The notes under the pieces are model-generated. The model made no database searches and was not told where the DNA came from. It was given only the letters and a program-made list of their open reading frames with translations. Of a DNA stretch of 64,000 nt, positions 29,106 to 38,650 are shown in pieces. Position 1 is the stretch's first letter, and every line of letters begins with the position of its first letter. The position numbers and the translations under genes were made by a program. Source of the DNA: an uncultured Gammaproteobacteria bacterium (GTDB taxonomy: Bacteria > Patescibacteriota > Patescibacteriia > UBA2591 > UBA6264); the NCBI GenBank assembly GCA_964596735.1, contig CAZQVF010000004.1:229-64228 (forward strand). Direction: 5' to 3'.

Positions 29106-31313
29106 CTATTCAACTTCTTCTTCATTTACTTCTTCTTCTAAACTTCGATAAACTTCTCTTGGTTTGGCTCCATCTGCTGGACCAATTATTCTTTCATTTT
29201 CTAATAAATCTAAAAGTCTAGCCGCTCTAGCATAGCCAATTCTTAAACGACGCTGTAAAAATGAAGCAGAAGCTTTACCCGCCTGAATAACTACATCCCT
29301 TGCCTCGGGTAACATTTCGTCTTCTTTTAAGTCTCCGTGTTCTAATCCTATTTCTATTTGATGACTTTTCGTAATATCTTCTTGAAAATTAGGCTCAGCA
29401 ATATTTCTTAAATATTCAACAATCCCTTTTACCTCATCATCAGAAACAAAAGCGCCTTGAATTCTTTTAGGTTTGGATAATTCTGAGGAGATAAAAAGCA
29501 TGTCTCCTCGTCCTAATAATTTTTCTGCTCCGGAAAGATCTAAAATCGTCCTGGAATCCATTAAAGAAGCAACGGAAAAGGCTATCCTTGACGTAATATT
29601 AGCCTTGATTAAACCCGTAATAATGTCCACAGAAGGCCTCTGAGTGGCCATAATGAGGTGAATACCCGTGGCTCGCGCCATTTGAGCTAAACGGACAATA
29701 CAGGCCTCTACCTCTTGAGCCGCCGTCGCCATTAAATCGGCTAATTCATCAATCATAATAACTATAAAGGGTAATTTATTTTCTGGATTAGCCTGGTTAT
29801 AGGCATTGATGTCTCTCTTTTTAGCCTCGGCCATAACATCAAAACGACGATCCATTTCGCCTACGGCCCACTTTAAAGCATTGATTGTTTTTTGCACATT
29901 AGTAATAACTGGAGTTAATAAATGAGGCAGGTCATTATAAAGAGTTAATTCAACTCTTTTTGGGTCAACCAAAATAAATCTTAAATCATCAGGCGAATTT
30001 TGATAAATCAGACTAATAATAACACTATTAAGGAAAATAGTTTTACCACTACCTGTGGAACCGGCGACTAAACAATGAGGCATTTTACCCAAATCAGCCA
30101 GCCAAATATTACCGGTGACGTCTCGCCCCAAAGCAATAGTCAAGTTTGATTTTCTGTTTTTAAAAGCATTGTCGGATAAAATTCCCCTTAATCTAATTAC
30201 GGCTACTTGTTGATTTGGGACTTCGATTCCGACCAAAGACTGCCCTGGAATTGGGGCTTCAATGCGAATAGGATGAGCCGCCAAGGCCAAGGACAAATCA
30301 TTATGCAAACCCGTAATATGGGATAATTTTACTCCATCAGCTGGCTTAAGCGTATACTGAGTTACGGTCGGGCCTATTTTAATCTCTCCCATTTCTACTG
30401 AAATATTAAAATTCTCTAAGGTTTTTTTAATAATTAACTTATTCTCTTTAATATCTCCGGCATTAGGTTTTGTTGAATCAGCTCCTAATAAGCTTAAAGG
30501 TAAATCAATTTTTTGATGCGATTTAATATAAGAAACAGACATCTCATCTTTTTTGCCCTTAGTCTTAGTAAATATATTTTTAATTTTTGGTATAATTTCC
30601 TCTTCTTCTTCATATTCTTCTTCATATTCTTCTTCGGTTGATTCAGCTAATAATTTATCTGTTGGCTCTGGCTTTAAAACTAATTTTTGTTTTCTTTTAA
30701 AAATAGATTTTAATCCACCTAAGGTCTTTTTAAATAAACCTTGCTGAATTATTTCTTCCCCCTCTTCTTCGTCCTCCTCTTCTTGTTCTCTTTTTAAGCT
30801 AACCAAGCCCGCCAAAACAATAATTAAACCAATTGTAAAGAGACCAATAAAAATCACCCAACTTGCCCAAAAGCCAAAGGTATTAACAACAAGATAACTA
30901 AGGCCATAGCCCAAATAACCTCCTCCATAATGTTCAATCAAAGCAATTTTGTCATCAACAAAATAAATATGAAAAATAGCTGATAAAACAAGAACTAAGA
31001 AAATTAATCCTCCGCAACGAGCCCCCAACGAAGGATATCTTCTGTCTAAAGCCTGGTTCATTTCTTTAATATCTTCGTATTTAAGTATTAACCAGCCAGA
31101 TAAAACCAGAACAACAGGAACCAACCAACTGGCCCAGCCAAAAAATGTTTCTAAACCTAAAACAAGAAATTCGCCAGCAACGCCAGCTAAATTAACTAAT
31201 CCTAGAAATAAAATAATCGCCAGCGTGAATAAAATTATGGCGACAATTAAGCGCTGAGTCTTTCTATTAAAAGAGAACCTAGACTCTTTTTTCTTTTTTC
31301 TTTTTTTGGCCAT
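29106..31313 (-). CDS. ftsK: DNA translocase FtsK/SpoIIIE
   Basis: N-terminal TM helices, an acidic linker, a motor domain (HCLVAGSTGSGKT, FILVDPKRVEL, MIDELADLM), and a C-terminal gamma (winged-helix) domain. Confidence 0.9.
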   Translation of the reverse strand: MAKKRKKKKESRFSFNRKTQRLIVAIILFTLAIILFLGLVNLAGVAGEFLVLGLETFFGWASWLVPVVLVLSGWLILKYEDIKEMNQALDRRYPSLGARCGGLIFLVLVLSAIFHIYFVDDKIALIEHYGGGYLGYGLSYLVVNTFGFWASWVIFIGLFTIGLIIVLAGLVSLKREQEEEDEEEGEEIIQQGLFKKTLGGLKSIFKRKQKLVLKPEPTDKLLAESTEEEYEEEYEEEEEIIPKIKNIFTKTKGKKDEMSVSYIKSHQKIDLPLSLLGADSTKPNAGDIKENKLIIKKTLENFNISVEMGEIKIGPTVTQYTLKPADGVKLSHITGLHNDLSLALAAHPIRIEAPIPGQSLVGIEVPNQQVAVIRLRGILSDNAFKNRKSNLTIALGRDVTGNIWLADLGKMPHCLVAGSTGSGKTIFLNSVIISLIYQNSPDDLRFILVDPKRVELTLYNDLPHLLTPVITNVQKTINALKWAVGEMDRRFDVMAEAKKRDINAYNQANPENKLPFIVIMIDELADLMATAAQEVEACIVRLAQMARATGIHLIMATQRPSVDIITGLIKANITSRIAFSVASLMDSRTILDLSGAEKLLGRGDMLFISSELSKPKRIQGAFVSDDEVKGIVEYLRNIAEPNFQEDITKSHQIEIGLEHGDLKEDEMLPEARDVVIQAGKASASFLQRRLRIGYARAARLLDLLENERIIGPADGAKPREVYRSLEEEVNEEEVE

Positions 31314-31354
31314 GACTTAAAATTTTTAATTTCAAGGTTCTGCGTAGCAGGTTC
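31314..31354 (-). repeat. Short intergenic element of the TAA-GAACC ... GAACCTTGAAAT family (rpoC-ftsK spacer)
   Basis: Minus sense: TAA GAACC tgctacgca GAACCTTGAAATTAAAAATTTTAAGTC ATG. It shares its framing motif with the elements at 38574, 42441 and 49036. Confidence 0.4.
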
Positions 31355-34300
31355 TTATCTTTTAGGTTTTGTTTTTTTCAATCCTGTCCCTACTGGAATT
31401 AATCTACCAACAATTACGTTTTCTTTCAAGCCCCTTAAATGATCTGGACGACCACTAATGGCGGCCTTGACCAAAACTCTTGAAGTTTCTTGAAAAGAAG
31501 CAGCTGAAAGCCAAGAGTCAGTAGAAAGGGAAACCCGAGTAATACCAGTTAATCTTTCTTCTGCTTCCGCCTGCTTTTTACCTAAAGCCTTTGCCTTTTT
31601 ATTAATTTCCCATAAATAAGACTTGGGAACTATTTCTCCTGGTAAGAGATTTGTTTCTCCCCCGTCCTTAATTAAACAACGAGAAAACATTTGACGGATA
31701 ACTATTTCCACATGTTTATCATTTAACTTCTGCGCCTGAGATGAATAAATATATTGAATTTCCTTAAGGACATATTTTTCTGTTGCTTCTCTCCCCTGTA
31801 ATTCATAGAGTTCACGTAAATCCAAACTGCCGTCTGTTAATTGTTCTCCAACCTTAACCTTGTCTCCGTCTTTAACCCAAACATTATAGCCAGTAACATT
31901 GTATTCTTCTTTGTCGTCGCGTTCATAAAAAACTTTAATCGTTCCCGTACTAAGTTTAATCTTACCTTTATGCTTAGCGGTAATCTTTCTCTTTTTAAAT
32001 GTAGCTAAAACCTCTCCTCGTTTTACTTCCTGGTCTTGTTTAACTTTAATCTTCCAGTCTTCATCTTCATCAATCAAATAAGTTTCTTGTTTTTTTCCTT
32101 TATATTTCAAGATAATTCTTTTTTTATCATCTTCTTGAACTAAATTAACCACTCCATCGTGATTAACCATCACTGCCTTTTTCTTAACCGGCCGCACTTC
32201 AAAAAGTTCTTCAACTCGTGGCAAACCCTGAGTAATATCCACTCCCGCTACCCCACCAGTATGAAAAGTTCTTAATGTTAACTGGGTGCCTGGTTCACCA
32301 ATACTCTGAGCAGCGATAACACCAACCGGAGTACCTAATTCTACGGGTTTATTATAGCCTAAATCATAGCCATAACACTTAACACAGGTGCCATGCAGTG
32401 ATTTACAACTTAAAACAGATCGAATAAAAACTTTTTCAGGATCTGCTTCGTTAATCTCTTTTGCCTTTTCCCTGCTAATCATTTCATTGGCTTTGACAAT
32501 TACTTTTTTAGTCTTTGGACGTTTAATAGCCTGAACAGCAGTACGACCAAATAATCTGCTCTGCCAATCTTCATCCATTTCCAGATTTTCCTGGCGAGTT
32601 AAGCAAATACCCTTTTTATCACCGCAATTTTTTTCAGTAATAATTATGTCCTGACAAACATCAACCATGCGGCGAGTCAAATATCCAGCACTAGCCGTAC
32701 GCAAAGCCGTATCCGCTACACCTTTTCTCGAACCATGGGTAGAGATAAAGTATTCCAAAACATTGAAACCTTCTTTAAAAGAAGATTTAATGGGTAATTC
32801 AATTAAACGACCAGTTGGGGAAGAAACAATTCCTCTCATTCCAAACATCTGAGCTAACTGAGTCCAAGAACCACGCGCTCCTGATTCAACCATGGTAAAA
32901 ATTGCCGAGACAGCTAAGGGATTCTTTTTTACAATTTCTGTAATTTTACTCTTGGCTGTCATCCAGGTCTCAATACTCTTAAGATAGCGCTCATCTTCTG
33001 CCAATAAACCCATATCATACTGAGATTGTATTTTATCAATATTTTTCTCCGCTTCCCCAATAATCTTTTCTTTTTCTGGTAAATGGGGTAAATCATCCAT
33101 GCCCCAAGAAAGACCTGAGGCAGTTAAATATGAAAGAGTCGTTTGCTTAATTTTATCTAACAATTCAACTGTTTTTTCTCGCCCATGTATTTCTATAGAT
33201 TCGATAATAAAATTTTTGAGTCTCTTCTTATCAACAACATTATCCATTTGATAAAGTCCTGGGGGTAAGATATTATTAAAAGCTAATCGACCAGCACTAG
33301 TTTCCTTTATTCTTTTACCAATTCTAACATTAATTCTTTCTTGCAAATCTATTTTGCCTGACTGATAAGCCAAAAGGGCTTCTTCGGCATTAATAAAAGA
33401 TGAAAGATGTTTTTTCTTATCCTTAAGCATGGTCATATAATAAGCACCCCAAACCATGTCTTGGGTTGGGGTAACTACTGGCTCACCAGTGGCTGGTTTT
33501 AAAAGATTATGAGTAGATAAAATAATATCTTTTGCTTCTTTTTGAGCTCTTTCCGTAATAGGAACATGCACGGCCATTTGATCACCATCAAAATCCGCAT
33601 TAAAAGCGGCACAAACTAAAGGATGAATCTGAATTGCCTTACCCTCAATAAGGACAGGTTGAAAAGCTTGAATACCTAAGCGATGTAAAGTTGGGGCTCG
33701 ATTAAGCAAAACATAAGATTTTTTAGTAATTTCTTCTAAAATTGCCCAAACGTCTTCTGCCCCGTCCTCGATTAAACGATTAGCACTGCGAACATTATGA
33801 ACCAAACCTCTTTTAATTAATTCACTAGCAATAAAAGGCTTGAAAAGCTCTAGAGCCATGACCTTGGGCAAACCACATTGGTTTAATTTTAATTTAGGCC
33901 CGACAACAATTACGGATCGACCAGAATAGTCCACTCTTTTCCCAAGTAGATTTTGACGAAATCTTCCTTGTTTACCTTTTAAAATATCTGCTAAAGATTT
34001 TAAGGGTCTGCGTTGACCAGTAGAAGCAATGGTTGTTTTGCCTGACCTCATATTGTTGTCAATTAAAGCATCGACTGCTTCTTGAAGCATTCTTTTTTCA
34101 TTACGTAAAATTACCTCTGGAGCATGTAAATCATAAAGACGCTTTAATCGATTGTTACGATTAATCACTCTTCGATAAAGATCATTTAAGTCTGATGAGG
34201 CAAAACGGCCCCCATCAAGAGGAACCAGGGGCCTTAATTCTGGTGGAACAACAGGAATTGTTTTTAAAATCATATGTTCTGGCTGAATCTTGTTGACCAA

Positions 34301-35149
34301 AAAACTTCTCAAACATTCTATTCTTTGTACTAATTTCTTTTTTTTAGTTGGATTAGTCGTTTTTCTTTTCTCTTTTTCTATTTCTTTAACTAACTTAAGT
34401 AGTTCAATGTCTTGTAAAAGTTTTAAAATTGCTTCTGCCCCAATGTCGGCAGTTAAAATATGTCCGTATTTTAAAGAAAGATCTCTATACTCAAGTTCAG
34501 TTAATAATTTTTTGAGTCGTAAATCTAAAATTTCGCGCTTAGTTTCATTATAATCTTGGGTTAATTGTTCAATTTTTTTCTCTGCACCCTCCTCCTTTTT
34601 TAATTCTTTTTTCTTTTGTTTAAACTCTTGTTCCAATTCTTCAAGCGTCTGTTGTTTTAAATCTTCTTTTATCTCAGTAATAACAAAATTAGCAAAATAG
34701 ACCACTTTTTCTAAGGTCTGAACTGACATCTCTAAGGCTAAGCCTATCCTTGATGGAACACTGCGTAAAAACCAAATATGAGTAACAGGAGCGGCTAATT
34801 GAATATGTCCCATTCTTTCGCGCCTGACCAAACTGCGAGTTACTTCAACCCCACAGCGATCACAAACAATGCCTCGATAACGAAGTTTTTTATACTTACC
34901 ACAAGCACATTGCCAGTCTTTTACTGGACCAAAAATCTTTTGACAAAATAAACCATCTCTTTCTGGTTTTCTGCTTCGATAATTAATTGTCTCTGGTTTG
35001 GTAACTTCGCCATATGACCAACCACCTTTTTCTTTTGGTCCCATTTCTTTTGAAGAAGCCAGTCGTAAAGAAATAGCATTAAAATCTAAATTCCGTCGTG
35101 GTTTATCACTTGGCAAGGTCAATGTTCCAATTGTTGATGGTGTTGACAT
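31355..35149 (-). CDS. rpoC: DNA-directed RNA polymerase subunit beta prime
   Basis: NADFDGDQMAVH catalytic motif and zinc-binding Cys clusters. Confidence 0.97.
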   Translation of the reverse strand: MSTPSTIGTLTLPSDKPRRNLDFNAISLRLASSKEMGPKEKGGWSYGEVTKPETINYRSRKPERDGLFCQKIFGPVKDWQCACGKYKKLRYRGIVCDRCGVEVTRSLVRRERMGHIQLAAPVTHIWFLRSVPSRIGLALEMSVQTLEKVVYFANFVITEIKEDLKQQTLEELEQEFKQKKKELKKEEGAEKKIEQLTQDYNETKREILDLRLKKLLTELEYRDLSLKYGHILTADIGAEAILKLLQDIELLKLVKEIEKEKRKTTNPTKKKKLVQRIECLRSFLVNKIQPEHMILKTIPVVPPELRPLVPLDGGRFASSDLNDLYRRVINRNNRLKRLYDLHAPEVILRNEKRMLQEAVDALIDNNMRSGKTTIASTGQRRPLKSLADILKGKQGRFRQNLLGKRVDYSGRSVIVVGPKLKLNQCGLPKVMALELFKPFIASELIKRGLVHNVRSANRLIEDGAEDVWAILEEITKKSYVLLNRAPTLHRLGIQAFQPVLIEGKAIQIHPLVCAAFNADFDGDQMAVHVPITERAQKEAKDIILSTHNLLKPATGEPVVTPTQDMVWGAYYMTMLKDKKKHLSSFINAEEALLAYQSGKIDLQERINVRIGKRIKETSAGRLAFNNILPPGLYQMDNVVDKKRLKNFIIESIEIHGREKTVELLDKIKQTTLSYLTASGLSWGMDDLPHLPEKEKIIGEAEKNIDKIQSQYDMGLLAEDERYLKSIETWMTAKSKITEIVKKNPLAVSAIFTMVESGARGSWTQLAQMFGMRGIVSSPTGRLIELPIKSSFKEGFNVLEYFISTHGSRKGVADTALRTASAGYLTRRMVDVCQDIIITEKNCGDKKGICLTRQENLEMDEDWQSRLFGRTAVQAIKRPKTKKVIVKANEMISREKAKEINEADPEKVFIRSVLSCKSLHGTCVKCYGYDLGYNKPVELGTPVGVIAAQSIGEPGTQLTLRTFHTGGVAGVDITQGLPRVEELFEVRPVKKKAVMVNHDGVVNLVQEDDKKRIILKYKGKKQETYLIDEDEDWKIKVKQDQEVKRGEVLATFKKRKITAKHKGKIKLSTGTIKVFYERDDKEEYNVTGYNVWVKDGDKVKVGEQLTDGSLDLRELYELQGREATEKYVLKEIQYIYSSQAQKLNDKHVEIVIRQMFSRCLIKDGGETNLLPGEIVPKSYLWEINKKAKALGKKQAEAEERLTGITRVSLSTDSWLSAASFQETSRVLVKAAISGRPDHLRGLKENVIVGRLIPVGTGLKKTKPKR

Positions 35150-35160
35150 AAAATTTAATA

Positions 35161-38100
35161 TTATCTTGTTTTAATCATTTCCACGTTTAAACCCAGTCCT
35201 TTTAATTCACGGACTAAAACGCTAAATGATTCTGGGATATAGGTTTCTCTTACTGGCAGGCCCTTAATAATTGATTCATAAGCCTTGGTTCTCCCCAAAA
35301 CATCATCCGACTTGATTGTTAACATTTCCTGTAAAGTATAAGCCGCTCCATAGCCCTCTAAAGCCCAGACTTCCATTTCCCCAAATCTTTGTCCACCAAA
35401 CTGAGCCTTTCCCCCTAAAGGCTGTTGAGTGATTAAAGAATAAGGGCCAATTGATCGTTGGTGAATTTTGTCTTCAACCAAATGGTTAAGTTTCATAAAA
35501 TACGTGTAGCCGACCGTAACTGGGTTTTTAAAAGCCTTGCCCGTGCGACCATCATAAAGAATCATTTTTCCGCTTGAAGAAAATCCTGCTCTGACTAATT
35601 CTTGTTTAATTGTCTCCTCTTTAATTCCATTTAAAGGAGGGGTGGCTGTTTTATAACCTAGTTTTTGAGCGGCTAACCCCATATGAATTTCTAAAATCTG
35701 ACCCAAATTCATTCGTGAAACAACTCCCAAGGGGTTAAGAATGATATCAATTGGAGTTCCATCTTTTAAATAAGGCATGTCTTCTTGAGAAACAACCCTA
35801 GAAACTACTCCCTTATTGCCATGGCGGCCAGCCATTTTATCCCCCACCTGAATTTTTCTTAAATCAGCAACTAAAACCTGGATTGACTTAACTACTCCTG
35901 GGGCTAATTTATCTCCTCTTTCGCGAGAAAATATTTTAATTCCAATTACTTTACCATGTTCTCCGTGTTCAAGATAAAGAGAAGAATCCCTCACGTCCTG
36001 AGCCTTTTCTCCAAAAATCGCTCTAAGTAATTTTTCTTCCGCTGTCAACTCGGCCTCTCCTTTGGGGGTAATTTTCCCAACTAAAATATCACCTGATTTT
36101 ACTTCTGCGCCAACTCTAATAATTCCTTCTTCATCAAGATCCTTTAACTTTTCTTCACTAACATTAGGAATATCTCTTGTGGTCATTTCTGGGCCAAATT
36201 TTGTTTCCCGAATATCAATGGTGTGTTCGTCAATATGCAAAGAAGTAAATTTATCCTGGTGAACCAGCCTTGAGGATATTAAAATAGCGTCTTCGTAATT
36301 ACCGCCCTCCCAAACCATAAAGGCACCTAAAATATTTTGACCTAGGGCCAACTCTCCGTTATCAATTGAAGAGCCACGAGCTAAGATATCACCAACTTTA
36401 ACAGTTTGATTTTTTACCACTGAGGGCTGTTGATTTACACAAGTATCATAATTTGAGCGAAGATATTTATCTAAATAATAAGTTTTTGTCTTGCCTGAAC
36501 GACCAGTTATACGGATATGATTAGCATCAACCTCAGTTACTTTTCCTGACTCCTTGGCAATAACTAAATGCCCAGAATCCTGCGCTATTTTACCTTCAAC
36601 TCCTGTTCCTACTATTGGAGATTCTGGCTTTATCAAAGGAACTGCCTGACGCTGCATATTAGTCCCCATCAAAGCTCTAACCCCATCATCATGTTCTAAA
36701 AATGGAATCAAAGATGTCCCAATACTAATGATTTGATTAGCCGCCACATCAGTAAACTCTACCTCTAAAACCTTACAAAAACCAGGACGACCATAAATTC
36801 TTGCTTCAACTTTTTTCTCAGTAATACGTCCTTTTTTATCAACCTCAGTAAGAAAAGGAGCAATAATATATTGTTCCTCTTCATGAGCATTAAGATAAAC
36901 TATCTGATTAGTTATTCTTCCTTTGACTACTTTTTGATAAGGGGTTTCAATAAAACCATATTCATTAATCCGAGCATAACAGGACAAATGACTGACTAAG
37001 CCAACATTTGGCCCTTCTGGCGTAGCAATGGGACAAATTTTACCATAATAGGTCCGATGAACGTCTCTTACCTCAAAGCCGGCTCTCTCTCGGCTTAACC
37101 CGCCCGGACCAGCCACGGTTAATCTCCTTTTGTGGGATAATTCAGAAAGAATATTGGTTTGGTCCATAAATTGAGATAACTGTGAAGACATGAAAAATTC
37201 TTTAATCACACCGGTAATTGGTCTAATATTAACTAACTGTCCTGGAGTTGCTTTTCCCTCTATAACGCTCATGCGATCTTTAGTAATACGCTGTAATCTA
37301 AGCATACCTACTCTCATTCTGTTTTGAACTAATTCGCCAACCGCACGGATACGACGGTTGGCTAAATGATCAATATCGTCTGGATTTCCCTGACTAATGT
37401 TAAGCTTAATAATTTCTGAAATCATTGCTTTTAAATCCTCTGGACGCAAAACCCTCTTTTCTATATTTTTATCAAGACTAAGTCGTTGATTTATCTTGTA
37501 TCTTCCTACTTTGCTTAAATCATAACGATTAGGCAAGAAAAACATGGCATAAATCAAAGATTTGGCATTGTCAACTGTAGCTAAATCACCCGGTCGGATT
37601 TTACGATAAACTTCAATTAATCCTTCTTCTTCTGAGGCAGAAGGATCTTTTTCCATTGTCGCTTTAATATAGTCTAGGGCAGAAACATCTATTTTGGGTT
37701 TTTTGCTTTTTTTGTCTAAACGAGCCTTTTTTGGAGTAAATAAATCTAAAATTTCTTTATCTGTCCCATAGCCAAAAACTCTAAGTAAGGAAGTAACGGG
37801 TGTTTTTCTTTGCCGATCAATTCTTACCCAAATTACACCCTTGGTATCTGTTTCAAACTCAAGCCAGGCTCCTCGATCAGGAATTATTTTAGCTCCGTAA
37901 AAAAATCGCCCCTTGATTGATTCTCTTGAGAAAAATACGCCGGGCGATCTAATTAACTGCTGAACAATAACCCTTTCAATGCCATTAATAATAAAAGTTC
38001 CCCTTTCAGTCATCAGGGGAATGTCGCTAAAGTAGATTTCTTGGGCAACTCTTTTTCCAGTTTTCTTATTAATTAAACGCACCTTTGCGGTTAAAGGTGC

Positions 38101-38361
38101 TTCATATGTTAAATTTCTATTCTTACTTGTTGCCTCGTCAAACTTTGGCAAACCTAAAGAACAGTTCACAAAATGTAATTCAAAATTTTTCCCCACCGAG
38201 TCTTCAATTGGAGAAAATTCTTTTATTAATTCTTTAATCCCCTTTTTCAAAAACCAAGAATAAGAAGTCTTCTGTATTTGGGTTAGATCAGGCAAGGGCA
38301 AATTGGAGCGGGATTCTGAAAAATATTTACGTTCTTCAGACATAAAATATTTTGAGGGCAA
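35161..38361 (-). CDS. rpoB: DNA-directed RNA polymerase subunit beta
   Basis: Full-length RpoB similarity. The start is a TTG at 38361; the first ATG is at 38343. Confidence 0.97.
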   Translation of the reverse strand: MPSKYFMSEERKYFSESRSNLPLPDLTQIQKTSYSWFLKKGIKELIKEFSPIEDSVGKNFELHFVNCSLGLPKFDEATSKNRNLTYEAPLTAKVRLINKKTGKRVAQEIYFSDIPLMTERGTFIINGIERVIVQQLIRSPGVFFSRESIKGRFFYGAKIIPDRGAWLEFETDTKGVIWVRIDRQRKTPVTSLLRVFGYGTDKEILDLFTPKKARLDKKSKKPKIDVSALDYIKATMEKDPSASEEEGLIEVYRKIRPGDLATVDNAKSLIYAMFFLPNRYDLSKVGRYKINQRLSLDKNIEKRVLRPEDLKAMISEIIKLNISQGNPDDIDHLANRRIRAVGELVQNRMRVGMLRLQRITKDRMSVIEGKATPGQLVNIRPITGVIKEFFMSSQLSQFMDQTNILSELSHKRRLTVAGPGGLSRERAGFEVRDVHRTYYGKICPIATPEGPNVGLVSHLSCYARINEYGFIETPYQKVVKGRITNQIVYLNAHEEEQYIIAPFLTEVDKKGRITEKKVEARIYGRPGFCKVLEVEFTDVAANQIISIGTSLIPFLEHDDGVRALMGTNMQRQAVPLIKPESPIVGTGVEGKIAQDSGHLVIAKESGKVTEVDANHIRITGRSGKTKTYYLDKYLRSNYDTCVNQQPSVVKNQTVKVGDILARGSSIDNGELALGQNILGAFMVWEGGNYEDAILISSRLVHQDKFTSLHIDEHTIDIRETKFGPEMTTRDIPNVSEEKLKDLDEEGIIRVGAEVKSGDILVGKITPKGEAELTAEEKLLRAIFGEKAQDVRDSSLYLEHGEHGKVIGIKIFSRERGDKLAPGVVKSIQVLVADLRKIQVGDKMAGRHGNKGVVSRVVSQEDMPYLKDGTPIDIILNPLGVVSRMNLGQILEIHMGLAAQKLGYKTATPPLNGIKEETIKQELVRAGFSSSGKMILYDGRTGKAFKNPVTVGYTYFMKLNHLVEDKIHQRSIGPYSLITQQPLGGKAQFGGQRFGEMEVWALEGYGAAYTLQEMLTIKSDDVLGRTKAYESIIKGLPVRETYIPESFSVLVRELKGLGLNVEMIKTR

Positions 38362-38573
38362 AAAAACCTCAGGAATGTGCTTCCTAAAAGGTTTGTTTAT
38401 TTAATTTTCTAAATCTTTTGTATTATAAAAAAATAAGATAAAAAAACGACTAAATAAATAATATCAAAAAACTCTTATTTAGTCAACTCTATCTATTGCA
38501 TTATTTTAACGCTCTATTAAGCCAAAATAGAGTTTATCCACAAATCATCCACAGGTCTATAATTGAAATGTTT

Positions 38574-38650
38574 TTTAATTTCAAGGTTCCCGCCTAAATT
38601 TCGAAGAAACTTTGGCGGGGTTCTCGCCGAAGGCGAAGTTCTTATTCTTA
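38574..38650 (-). repeat. GC-clamped hairpin repeat, copy A (identical 50-nt core at 38577..38626)
   Basis: The core aatttcaaggttCCCGCCtaaatttcgaagaaactttGGCGGGgttctcg is identical to 42444..42493. A CGCCGAAGGCG mini-hairpin tail follows and ends in the Mur-ligase TAA. Confidence 0.7.

Noticed and set aside
38362-38570. A possible tRNA or small RNA gene in the long rpoB leader
   Set aside because: The sequence is too AT-rich to form a cloverleaf, and no acceptor/T-arm pairing was found. Only short inverted repeats are present, and these are reported separately.
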